DNA from: Octopus vulgaris
Taxonomy: Eukaryota
Length of the DNA stretch: 64,000 nucleotides
Reading direction: 5' to 3'
Assembly (NCBI GenBank): GCA_951406725.2
Contig: OX597817.1
Coordinates: 140,988,001-141,052,000 of the forward strand
Shown: positions 52,196-64,000 of the stretch, piece after piece
How positions within the stretch are numbered: position 1 is the first letter of the stretch
Layout of the letters: every line of letters starts with the position of its first letter
Made by a program: the position numbers and the translations under genes
The notes under the pieces: generated by a model
Told to the model about the DNA's origin: nothing
Databases searched by the model: none
The model's input: only the letters and a program-made list of their open reading frames with translations

Positions 52196-53966
52196 TTCAT
52201 CATCATCATCATTGTCGTTTAACATCTATTTTCCATGCTAGTATGGGTTGGACAGTTCGACTGGGGTCTGGGAAGCCAGAAGGCTGCACCAGGCTCCAGT
52301 CTGATCTGGCAGTGTTTCTACAGCTGGATGCCCTTCCTAACGCCAACCACTCCATGAGTGTAGTGGGTGCTTTTTACGTACCACCAGCACAGATGCCAGA
52401 GGAGGCTGGCAATGGCCATGATCAGTTGGTGCTTTTTACGTGCCACCGGCACGGAAGCCAGTCAAGGCAGCACTGGCATTGAGCTTGTGTAAGCCACACC
52501 TCAGCCCATTTCAGACAGAACTGTGGGAGCTTCAATGGGATGCTGTTCTCACTTGTCATGTTTGCATGTTTTCTATTTTGGGGTCACCACTTATAGTTTT
52601 TGTTAAGCTATACATAAAAACATTCACAAACATGAGTGTGTCGAAGTATTGTTTATGCTGCTTCAATCATCTACACGGTGAGATAGCTCAATCAGCCATT
52701 TAGATGTGAGTCACATTTTCCACCAAACCGGAAGTCCCTCCTCTCCGAGGACAACTTCAATAGCTAGCCCACAGTGAAGGTCCCTGTCTACAGTTCATTT
52801 GTTACAACTTCATTGGCAATGCCCTTCAAAAGTGCCTTAGATATCATCATATATGGTACATACATTTTTCTTTTCAAGCCACAATAAAATCAGATATAGA
52901 ATTTAAAGGGAAAAATTAACAGTAATAAAAGGGAAAAATAGGTGTGGCCATGTAGTAAGTAATTTGTTTCCCAGCTACATGGTTCTATATTCAGCCCCAT
53001 TGTGCAGCACATTCGGCAAATGTCTTCTACCATAACCTCAAGGTGATCAAAGCCTTTTGATTGGTTTTGGGAGACGAAAACTGAAAGAAACCTGTCATAT
53101 GCATGTGTCTATGTCAGCATGCATGCATGTATGTATATGTGTATTGTGTGTATATATATATCATCATTGTCGTTTAATGTCCACTTTCCATGCAGGCATG
53201 GGTTGGACAGTTTGACAGGGGCTGGCAAACCAGAAGGCTGCACCAGGCCCCAATCTGATCTGGCAAAGTTTCTACAGCTGGATGCCCTTCCTAACGCCAA
53301 CCACTCTGAGAATGTAGTGGGTGCTTTTACGTGCCACCAGCACGAGGGCCAGTCAGGCAGTACTGGCATTGGCTTTTTATGTGTCACCTGCAAAGGAGCC
53401 AGTCCAGCGGCACTGGCAACGACCATACTCAAATGGTGTTTTTTACATGCCACCAGCACAGGAGCCAGTCAGGCGACACTAGCAACAATCACGCTCAAAT
53501 GGTGCTTTTTATGTTCCACCAGCATGGGAACCAGTCAGCAGCCCTAGCAACGATTACACTCGAATGGTGCTTTTAACGTTCCACTGGCATGGGAACCAAT
53601 CAGGCAGTACTGTCACCAGTCACGACAACGATTTCACTTGCCTCAACAGGTCTTTGCAAGCGTGGTTTATTGTCCAATTATTGAAGGGTTATGTATATGT
53701 GTGTGTGTATGTATGTATGTATGTATAATGTGTGTGTCTTTATGTCTGTGTTTGTCCCCCACCATCGCTTGAATATCAGAGTTTGTGTGTTTACATTTTT
53801 GTAACTTAGCAGTTCAGCAAAAGAGACCAATATAGTAAGTATCAGGCTTTAAAAAATAAGCACTGGAGTCAATTTGGTTGACTAAAATCCTTCAAGAAGA
53901 TGCCCCAGCATGGCCGCAATCCAATGATTAAAACAAAGAGTGAAAGATAAACAATGTTCAACTCAC

Positions 53967-54056
53967 CATTTTCTCTTTGCGTTTGATACCAGTAATACAC
54001 AGAACTAATCCACTCATGAAGAAACAATAGAGTGGTCGGCCATATTTTGGAAGAGG
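53967..54056 (-). CDS. ECT2: ECT2/Pebble RhoGEF exon, 5'-most exon found (start of BRCT1)
   Basis: Manual translation PLPKYGRPLYCFFMSGLVLCITGIKRKEKM resembles ECT2 PLP..RPLYC..M..LVLCFTG; acceptor tcag, donor gtgagt; 90 nt, phase 0/0. Confidence 0.9.
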
Positions 54057-54311
54057 CTGAAAAGTCAAACATGGAGAATTAGAGAAACATTTGGGATTTC
54101 AAGATATTTGTAATTGCTATGTAACAGAAATGATTTTTAATACTTCTTTGGATCAAACAAAACTTTTAACTACAGACAATAACACTGTCACCTCAAGAGA
54201 AATATAGCTTTGAAAGAAATGGTAAAATATATTTGGAACAAGAACTGTGATTGGACATTAAACAGGAAGGTGGTATTCTCTAATGAAACCTATTGAGACC
54301 ATACACAAATC

Positions 54312-54901
54312 GGATCTTTACCTTTTGACCAGCAAATTTAGAAAATAATTTTTTGTAACTAAACACTTTCAAACTTCGGACACTGGTAGAATCTATCATA
54401 TAAAACATCTTTTACTCTTAGCATTTTTGAGAAAAACTTATATTTCAACATTAAAGTAGTCATATTTCGGTAATTTCAACCAATCAATGATATGTATTCA
54501 GCTGAATAAAATCACTGCCATTGTTTGTCAACAAGAACTTCCGGCGGTGTATATTTCATTTGTCACTGTTATTTATGACAACCCTAACCCTAAAACCTTA
54601 AAACTAGTATAAACGCACGAACGATGTCATAAATAACAGTAGCAAATGAAATATACACCACCGGAAGTTGTTGACAAACAACAGCAGTAATTTTATTCAG
54701 CTGAATACACGTCATTGATTGGTTGAAATTATCAAAATACCACAACTTTAATGTGAAATAACTTCGTAAATATAAGTTTTTCTCAAAAATGCTAAGAGTA
54801 AAAGATGTTTTATATGACACATTCTACCAGTGTCCGAAGTTTGAAAGTGTTTAGTTACAAAAGATTATTTTCTAAATCTGCCGGTCAAAAAGTAAAGATC
54901 C
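54312..54901. mobile_element. Almost fully palindromic 590-bp MITE with an 8-bp TSD, related to the 19599-21994 element
   Basis: CACAAATC|GGATCTTTACCTTTTGACC...GGTCAAAAAGTAAAGATCC|CACAAATC; central accctaaccctaa. Confidence 0.92.
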
Positions 54902-57900
54902 CACAAATCGTTTAAGTTTGAAAATAAAGAATTTAGTAAAATAATTTTGCTGTTTTTAAGCTGATATTTGGAACCTAAACTAACATGAAATTATGATGAA
55001 CAGTTTTGATTGAGATCCCTTTAAACAGGAAGTTTGTATCACAGAACCAGGGTCAGTGTCAGTCAGATTCACACTGAAAGGATTAAAGCAGTATCTTTAC
55101 TCAAGACTGATTTCAATATCCCCATTAATTCTTTAATAACGGGAAAGTCATGTTTGGAATTATTGCTAGACAGAAGAAAGAAGAAGAAAGAAGACATGCA
55201 CTCAACACCAGAACTGACGAAACCTCCAAAAGGATGGGGTCCCGCCACGTCAAAACATATAGAAGAGTAGGGGCCGAAACTAGACGTGGTTCCTCCTGAT
55301 GATGTCTTGAGCTAACTGGATCCTATAAAGGAGCTGTTGTGGTAGCAGACCAAGAAACACGGTTGTAATTCCTTGATATCAACTTATCTGAGATGTCTCC
55401 CAGATTCTAAGATACAAATTCCCTATTTAAAAGTAATCTAAATTAAAATTTATCAAAATTGTTATATTCCAAATATCAGCTTGATGTTATATATATGAAT
55501 TCTTCATTATTTTCAAAATGAAATGAAAAAAATTAATTCAACAGAAAATCATCATCATTGGCTTCTATGTCGGTGGCACATAAAAACCACCAACCGATCG
55601 TGGCCGTTGCCAGCCTACCCTGGCACGTAAAAAGCACCATCCGTACGTGATTGATGCCAGCACCACCTTGATAGGCTTCCGTGCTGGTGGCACGTAAAAA
55701 GCACCAACCGATCGTGACTGTTGCCAGCCTCCCCTGGCACCTGTGCCGGTGGCACTTAAAAAGCACCCACTACACTCACGGAGTGGTTGGAGTTAGGAAG
55801 GGCATCCAGCTGTAGAAACACTGCCAGATCAAACTGGGCCTGGTGCAGCCTCCTTGCTTCCCAGACCCCGGTCGAACCGTCCAACCCATACTAGCATGGA
55901 AAACAGACGTTAAACAATGATGATGATGATGATTTAATATCAATTTCCCATGATGACATGAGTTAGACCATTCAACAGGAACCGACAAGCCAAAAGATTG
56001 TACCAAGCTTCACTATCTACTTCGACATGGTTTCTACAGCTGGATGCCTACGCCAACCATTTAATAGAGTGTACTGGGTGTGTTTTTACATTGCACCAAC
56101 ACCAGTGAGGTCATCAAGTACCTTGCAAAACAAAGACCCTTTAACTGAGGGGAGGGAGTAGTATTGAAAGAAGTGACTCTATACCAGTATTCATCATCAT
56201 CATCATCATCATCATCGTTTAACGTCCGTTTTCCATGCTAGCATGGGTTGGATGTTCAACCGGGGTCTGGAAAACCAGGAGGCTGCACCAGGCTCCAGTC
56301 TGGTCTGGCAGTGTTTCTACAGCTGGATGCCCTTTCTAACGCCAACCACTCTGAGTGTGTAGAGGGTGCTTTTTACGTGCCACCAGCACGGAAGCCAGTC
56401 AAGGTGGTACTGGCATCGGCCACATACGGGTGGTGCTTTTTAGGTGCCACCGGCACGGAAGCCAGTCAGTATTGAGGCAGTAAAATTCAATACATGGAGA
56501 GAAACAGGTATATTGCTATAGAAGAGACACATGGCTACCCTGTTTGGAGTAGGAGAGAAGAGAAGGAGACAAGGGTAAATGCTGACATTTTTTTTTGATA
56601 TCCTGAGTGTTTACTCCTCCATCATACCCAACATCCACATGGCAACAATCAGATGAAGTAAAATAAATGCTTTTTTTTCTTTTCCTTTTAAGTATTCCGC
56701 CATTATTTCATTTAAACATGATAGTCAAGTCTACTATAGACAATAATATTTAATCAACATTTTATATTCCAAAAGTTGAAATAACACAAAAACGGTATTT
56801 TCAGCAAAAGCAAATTACAACTGTGGCAGCTAATTCATAAAAGACTACAATAGAATTATAAGTAACAACAACAACAAAGAAACCAAATAACAACATTTTG
56901 TTGAAAGATTTAGAAAGCACTATAGAAAATTAGAAAAAACTGTGTCCATTCTTCAAGTATAATCATTTACCAAGTTGTTAAAGTCACTTCAGTATAACGT
57001 ACATTGCTCATTCATTGAGAGAAAAGAGATTTCTTTAAAAATGGTCATCACAGTTTCTCAGACAATGGCTAAAAAAGAGAAATACCGGCTGATACTGAAA
57101 GCGTGTTATATCTAAATTCTAGAAATATATAATGGATATATATAAGTGCTGGTATGGGTATATTGTTGAGAAGCTTGCTTCCCAACAATGCAGTCTAAGG
57201 CCCAGTCCCACTGCACACAGTACCGTGGGCAAGTGTTTTCTACTATAATCCTAAATGGTGATGTGGGAGGTGACCCTCATTATTATCATTATCTAATAAT
57301 ATATAAAATAGAGATGTGTGCATATTCACTTTTCGCACGAAAACGGCTTCACCAATTGCTTTCATACTTGTGATGCATGAATAATTTGACTTTGGACAAA
57401 TTATAGGCTGTTCATTTGATTGTTTTTATTTAAAATTATTAAAAATAAAAAAATATTGCTTTTTATATTAGATTCATGTCTTTGAAAGTTTTCAAAATAT
57501 TTACTTCCGGTTTTTAGCGTCAGTGACATAACATATCTCTTTATGTATATCTCTCTATCCATCTCTCTCTATATCTCTTGTTTTCACTTTCATTTTTCAT
57601 GTGCCATTGTTTAACTTCCATGTTATTGTTTTCACTATAAGTCTAAGTTTTCAATTGCTATTTACAAACAAACAATGACAAATTACTGACAGAAAGAAGT
57701 TCACAATTACTGATGTAAATAATTTCATAATTTACTGACAGAAGTATCTTCATAAATTTCACTTCAATCCATACAATTTTGTGATTTTCTGTTGTTAACG
57801 GTTTCTGGCTCTTTCGATACTGGCTCTTTGGTTCACTGAGTCACAAATTTCGCTTCAGCCTGTACAATACTCTATTTTCCATTGAAATTTCTTATTTACT

Positions 57901-58065
57901 TTCTGCCTGTCATATTAAGAAACATAATTTCTGTTACAAAGTAATTTTCATTGTTTACTATCTTCTGCACTTGTGTATTTCTGTATACATATATAACCAT
58001 GCCGAGAAGGAAAGTGTCAAATTTGTTGACATAACTACAGATTTCTTCCCACCTGCCCACCCAAT

Positions 58066-59125
58066 TTGGATCATAACTTTCAGAAAAATGAATATTTTCT
58101 CATAAAGTTTTCTACAAATATGTGTAATATCATGTACATTCCAAATATACAAAATTTTTTTAAGGAGGGGCTGGGGAATATCTGGAAATTCACCAGAGTC
58201 CACTTCAATTCGTTTTAATTTTCAAGAAAATGAATATTTTTAATGAAATTCTCTACAAATATACCTCGGACTATGTACATTCTGAGGACATAGGAATTTT
58301 GGAGGAAAACAATTGGGGGTTATTTTTCAGAACTGTTCCCCAATCAGGGTTGTTTCGGAACAAGTATTCCATATTTGTTACATTTTCTCTATTTTGTGCA
58401 TCCAAAGAGTTCTACTGAAGCAACAATCAGGCAATGAAGGCAAATGAAGCCCTCAGCAGAAAACTCGTTATGTTAAAAATAACATCTAATGGTCTGGTAC
58501 ACAGAAATATGTTATTATGATGACTTATCTGTTACATACGATTTTCTTTTTTCATTTTAAATAAATTTCCAGGTAAACATTTCTAATAGAAAGGCAGAAG
58601 ACACCAGAAGCAAAAATAAGGAATATATACACGCACAGTTAAATATAGAAGTGTAAAGTATAATTTGTTACATAATCTTGATAATAAATATTGTATTGAA
58701 TGGAATAAGTCCCCATTTGAACTGTTTTAATTACGTGTGTGTGTGTGTGTGTGTGGTAGAAATCTACAGATACACAAAATGGAGAAAATGAAACAAATAT
58801 GAACAACTTGTTCCAAAACACCCCTGAGTGGGGGAACAGTTCTCAAAAATAACCCCCAATTGTTTTCCCTTAAAATTCCTTTATCCTCAGAATCTGCATA
58901 GTCCAAGGTATATTTGTAGAGAATTTCATTTAAAAAATATCCATTTTCTTGAAAGTTATGACAAATTAAAGTGGACTCTGGTGAATTTTCCGAAATTTCC
59001 CACCCTACACCCTCCAAAAACACTTACCCCACCAAATTTTTGTATATTCGGAATCTACATGATATAACACATATTAGTAGAAAATTTCATTAAAAAAATA
59101 TCCATTTTTCCACAAGTTATGATCA
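58066..59125. repeat. Diverged inverted repeat pair (about 58066-58415 and 58755-59125), probably Helitron-derived
   Basis: Arms align as reverse complements (aaattcaccagagtccactt / aagtggactctggtgaattt); Helitron-like 5' end atctaataatatataaaa at about 57291. Confidence 0.75.
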
Positions 59126-59129
59126 TCCA

Positions 59130-59830
59130 AAGTCCAGGGAGGGGGCAGAAATCTGTAGTTGTGCCAGTTTGTCTACAATATTAAGGTCGGCCAAAAGAAT
59201 GTCCAGAGAAGAATCATTAAATAAAGCGGCTGTACGACCTGGAGATAATTTCTCAAAGATCTTTTTTTCTACAAATTCAGAAACACTTTGCCACTTTGCC
59301 AACATTGCCTTTATGCCACTCATAGAGATGGCCCTCTCTGATACACTGTACTCCACCGGAGAACCAATCTCTTCCACCGCATCCGAACGCTGCTCCTGAA
59401 GCTGCAGGAATTCATCTGTCGTCAGCTCCTCTGAGTGTTCCGTGACGAGATCGTTAATGTCTCCATTGTCAACCTTGAGGCCCATGGACTTGTCAAGAGA
59501 CACTATCTCCTTAACTACAGGTGACTCAGACCCAAACCTCCTAAAGGTTTCTTTTGGATATGCAGTCAAGCCAGTTTTCTCCATGCAGAATTCAGCATTC
59601 TCCTTGTTACACCCTGCCAGACCATATCAATGATTTTCGGGCAGTTAACAATGTTGTAGTGCTCCTTCCAAAATTCACAAAGGTTTAGATTTGTATTTTC
59701 GTTGACTTCAAAGCACCAATGAAACAAGTGTTTGGTGTACAATTTCTTAAAGTTAGAAATCACCTGTTGGTCCATGAGCAGCAAAATAGGGGTCATGCTG
59801 CATGAAGGTACAGAACTTTTATAAATTTAA
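59130..59830 (-). mobile_element. Tigger/pogo DDE transposase remnant
   Basis: TPILLLMDQQVISNFKKLY...EFWKEHYNI...LNSAWRKL plus the Tigger-like C-terminus GLKVDNGDINDLV..HSEELTTDE. Confidence 0.8.
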
Positions 59831-59869
59831 ATTTATCCAAGATACCCGACAAATAATGTGAGTTCATGG

Positions 59870-60530
59870 CTGCTTCTTGCACCAGTTTCGCATAGCCCTA
59901 GCCCATCCAAAGTAACTTGGATTGCAGAACGACCTGCTGTGCTTACCTCGGATCGTAGGGTGACGTGCTGTGCTTGAGGAGACCTATTGAGTCCAGTACA
60001 TCAAAATCAAAATAAATATCAAATGGAAATTGCAGTTGTGATACCTGTGCCCGCGGCACGTAAAAAGCACCATCTGAACGTGGCCGATGCCGGCGCCACT
60101 TTGAGTGGCTTCTGTGCCGGTGGCACGTGACCTCCTGTGCTCGTGGAGACCTATTGAGTCAAGTACATCAACATCAAAATAAATATCAAATGGAAATTGT
60201 AATTGTGATACCTGTGCCAGCGGCACGTAAAAAGCACCATCCAAATGTGGCCGATGCCAGTGCTGCCTTGACTGTGCCGGTGGCATGTAAAAAGCACCAA
60301 CCGATCGTGGCCGTTGCCAGACTCGCCTGGAACCAGTGCCGGTGGCACATAAAAAGCACCCACTACACTCACAGAGTGGTTGGCGTTAGGAAGGGCATCC
60401 AGCTGTAGAAACTCTGCCAGATCAAGATTGGAGCCTGGTGCAGCCTCCTGGCTTCCCAGACCCCAGTCGAACTGTCCAACCCATGCTAGCATGGAAAGCG
60501 GACGTTAAACGACAATGATGATGATGATGT
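59870..60530 (+). mobile_element. Representative long Meta-domain repeat (roughly 30 copies in the window, both strands)
   Basis: gtgccggtggcacgtaaaaagcacc modules, ggttggcgttaggaagggcatccagctgtagaa core and ccatgctagcatggaaagcggacgttaaac(GAT)n tail; other copies at about 3540, 8590, 11160, 15950, 18625, 23865, 24633, 30975, 31455, 37376, 39333, 41413, 41814, 44770, 49880, 52197, 53160, 55557 and 56192. Confidence 0.88.
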
Positions 60531-62406
60531 CATTATTAATCTGGTGTTGGGAACACATTTTGATGAAGATTCTAATTTAGTTCACTTTAAAGCAGGAAGT
60601 TTATATCATAGGACCAGAAGCTGTCTCAGGTGGGTTGATATCAAAAGAATTAAACACTTTCTCCAATCACTCACATCTCTGAATTTCCTTCCCACCCATG
60701 CTTTTTGTTATGCAATCACATGCCTGCAAGATTCAAGTTGAACATGAAGATTCAAGTTGACCAAGATATGCTGTGCATCCTAACAGCACCCCTACAACTC
60801 CATCAATGAGTTGTCAACACACCGCAGTTCAAACCTTGCCTCAAAACCATTGAGTTGTGGACAAAGCAGGTTTTTCTCTCAACCTCAATCTGTGTATCTC
60901 TGAAACCAGTTAATGATAAAAAAAAAATAAAAATAAAAAAAAAACAGGATTGGTTTCTATTATGTCAACATTGACAACAACAATCACAGCCATGCTACCA
61001 CAGATAAACGTTAAGTAATATAAAAGAGAGAAAGGAAGAGTTGTATCTGTTATATCAGAGAGAGAGAGAGAGAGTAAACAAGTATAGATTTAAAAGCTTG
61101 AACACACCAGACATTGCCTATTCAGACATAACACTGTCAGCATTCAAACAAACCACTTCATAAGCTAAGAAATTTATGTTCAGATTGTTGACAAATCAAA
61201 CTATCTAGGCTTTTGTTTACAATATTACTCAAATAGACCTATCTCTGAAATTTTCAAATGATTTATTACACTTCTTCCTTATTTTCATATATTTTCACTC
61301 GAGTTTTGACATCTTTTATCAGCTCCACAATAAGAAATAATATTTAGTTCAAAGAAATTTCGCCTGACAATAACACAAATCAACAATCACTATCTTTGCC
61401 TTCACAAATATGTCTGACTGATAATAATTTGAATGAGCCAAAGAGAACAAAAAAAATAAATAAATAAACAGAAAGAGAAATTAGGCATGGTTGTGTAGTT
61501 AAGAAATTTGCTTTTCAACAACATGGTCTCAGGTTCAGTCCCACAGTGGAGCATCTAGGGCAAGTGTTAATATATCCCCCAGATTGGTCAGTGCGTTGTA
61601 AGTGAAGTTGGTAGTCAAAAACTGTATGAATGTTTGACTCTGCATGAGTGTCACACACTCCACACACCACTTGACAACTGGTGTTGGTTTGTTTACATCC
61701 CAATGATTTAGGAGTTCAGCGAGAGAGAGAGACTCTTAGAATAAGTGCCAGACTTAAAAAAGACACATAAGTATTGGGGACAATTTGTTGGGCTAAAATC
61801 CTTCAAGGCAGTGCCCCAGCATGACCGCAGTCCAATGACTGAAACAAATAAAAAATATATTCATTAAAAAATGGAAGTCATTCTGTGTTTAATGATTCTG
61901 CTAATAGTGACCACACAACTATGAAATAAGAACTGTACCTGCTTTCCTCACAGGGAATAAATGTGAGCTATAGCTTGAGGGAAAGAGCATATAAAGGGCA
62001 CATCAGTGACCTCTTCTATTAACAAATTCAGTTTAAAAAACTGTAGAAAACAACCGAAGCGGATATAGAAAATATCAATGAAACCTTCCAACTAGGGTAG
62101 CCATGTATCTCCTCTTCAGTAAGAGACCTGTTTTTGTCCCTCTATCAGGCCTTAACCTTTCAACACCTGACAAAAAATACCATGTCCCTCAATACAGCAT
62201 CCCAACTAGGTTGAGAGATCTTGTCTTGCAGGTTACTTGGTAACCTCACTCGTTTCAATATTCTGTAAAAAGCACCCCGTACACTCTGTAAAGCGGTTAG
62301 TATAAGGAAAGACATCAAGCCATAGAAACCATGCCAAAGCAGACATCTGGAGCTCAGTGCAGCCCTCTGGCTTGTTGATTCCTCTCAAATCATCCAACCA
62401 ATGACA

Positions 62407-62800
62407 GTGGAGGCACAATGGACCAGTGGTTAGGGCAGCGGACTCGCGGTCGGAGGATTGTGGTTTCGATTCCCAGACCGGGTGTTGTGTGTGTTTATTG
62501 AGCGAAAACACCTAAAGCTCCACGAGGCTCCGGCATTGGGGGGGGGGGTTTCCTGTTGTACTCTTTCTCCCCAACTTTTTCTCACTCTTTCTTCTTGTTT
62601 CTTGTCCCCGACTTCCTACGCAACTACTGAGCCTGGATGCGCATTCATCCATCCATCGATGCTCTCGGTGTCGAGGGTTGACCTGCTTTCTCTTCTGCGG
62701 GTCTTACGAATAGCAAAGGACCACGTTTCTGACTTATAGGATGAAGACCACTTCGCTCAACAAACAAACAACCAATGACAACATGGAAACCAAACAAACG
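62407..62800 (+). mobile_element. tRNA-derived SINE (distinct family)
   Basis: Head ggaccagtggttagggcagcggactcgcggtcggaggattgtggtttcgattccc has A- and B-box-like motifs. Confidence 0.7.
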
Positions 62801-63258
62801 ATGATGAGGATAATAATGATAATGTAAAACCAACATTGTAAAACTAATATTATGATCATAGGATTAACCAGATTATCAGATATTACACATCACTTGTCAC
62901 AATGTGCTTTGTATTATTTTAGCTTTCAAATGATGCAAACTCGCTGGCGAGGCAAACAGGCCAACATTTCCCCTATTCCAGGGACTCATTCATTTACAGT
63001 TGAGTGAACTGGAGCAACATGAAATGAAATGTTTTGCTCAAGAACACAATGTGTAGCTGGTCAGGGAATCGAAACCATGATCTCAGAATTGTGAATGCAA
63101 CACACCTAACTACTAGGCCAAATGCCTTCAATATTATAATAATATTGTAAAATATTGTGGAGAGATTTATTTTTTTAATACCAGAGAAGAAACATGGAAA
63201 TCAGAATTTCTTCTTTTGTTTTATACAAAACTAATATACAGAGGAATCAATCTGATTA

Positions 63259-63343
63259 GACAACCTAATTGTCTACCAGCTTAATTAGTGACAACTTAAT
63301 TGTCTACCAGCTTAATTAGTGACAACTTAATTGTCTACCAGCT
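63259..63343. repeat. 31-bp tandem repeat (about 2.7 copies)
   Basis: gacaacttaattgtctaccagcttaattagt repeated. Confidence 0.85.
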
Positions 63344-64000
63344 CAGATCTATTTCCTTGTTCCGATACAATTTTCTTGTTCCGATACAATTTCCGAATGA
63401 GTGACCTTTCTTAATTACAAAGAGAAACATTTCAAAAATAGACTTAACAGAAGCTGAAACAGATAATATAATGAAATTGCTATTAATTACTTGGCTTTAA
63501 TTATACAATCATTTCATAAGCTACTGAATCAAAAGCTAATAGCTAATAAGAAGTCACAGATGATAAGAAATGGACAATTAAAGCAAATAGCTTTTGACCA
63601 TTAACTAGATTAAAGACCAAACTAAATTCGGACTAGATTCCCTCAATGAATTGTGGCATGACCTGTAGAATCAATCATAAGTCAGGTGGGATTCCTGACA
63701 TATTTCTACACAAGTCTTTGACAATGACACTCACTCTCAGAGCACTACAGATCTGTTAAAACTATGTTTTAATATATTTAAACTAAGGTCAGGAAATGTA
63801 TATATATATTTGATGCCCAACAGTAGTGATTATATAATCAAAATATCAAACACACATAACACACAGTAAGCATATTTTTTTAACGAGAGAGTTCAAAGTT
63901 AGGTGCTTTTAATAAATTATATGACATAGCACGGTCCAATGGAATAGCCATCAGTAACAAATAAAAACAGCCATCTTTCAAAAAAACATGTATCATTTTC

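Noticed and set aside
11199-60492. Recurrent short ORFs with LAVFLQLDALPNANHS as a multigene family
   Set aside because: They are translations of the dispersed Meta-domain repeat, with inconsistent frames and stops
60675-60723. Extra upstream ECT2 exon bounded by cag and gtgagt
   Set aside because: The frame needed to join the 54056 exon contains TAA, and there is no BRCT similarity

Overview
AT-rich, microsatellite- and transposon-dense eukaryotic DNA, most likely from an octopus (inferred from the repeat families, not database-verified). The window is the interior of one large minus-strand gene, an ECT2/Pebble RhoGEF orthologue. I read 10 phase-consistent GT-AG exons (1,209 nt, 403 codons) covering BRCT1, BRCT2, the S/NLS linker and the first part of the DH domain; the start and stop lie outside the window. 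The introns hold a young CR1-like LINE nested in a long-TIR MITE, RTE, R4/Dong and Naiad-type Penelope remnants, Gypsy remnants and solo LTRs, Helitrons, a Tigger/pogo fragment, piggyBac-type MITEs, tRNA SINEs and roughly 30 copies of a Meta-domain repeat. Most notable: (1) two Penelope-type fold-back elements carrying hammerhead ribozyme cores on both strands, inserted in (TA)n; (2) two copies of one LTR-like element whose internal segment is in opposite flip/flop orientation; (3) evidence that the abundant Meta-domain repeat with variable hairpin-module arrays is the 3' UTR of an RTE LINE. Nearly all ORFs in the supplied track are repeat artefacts.
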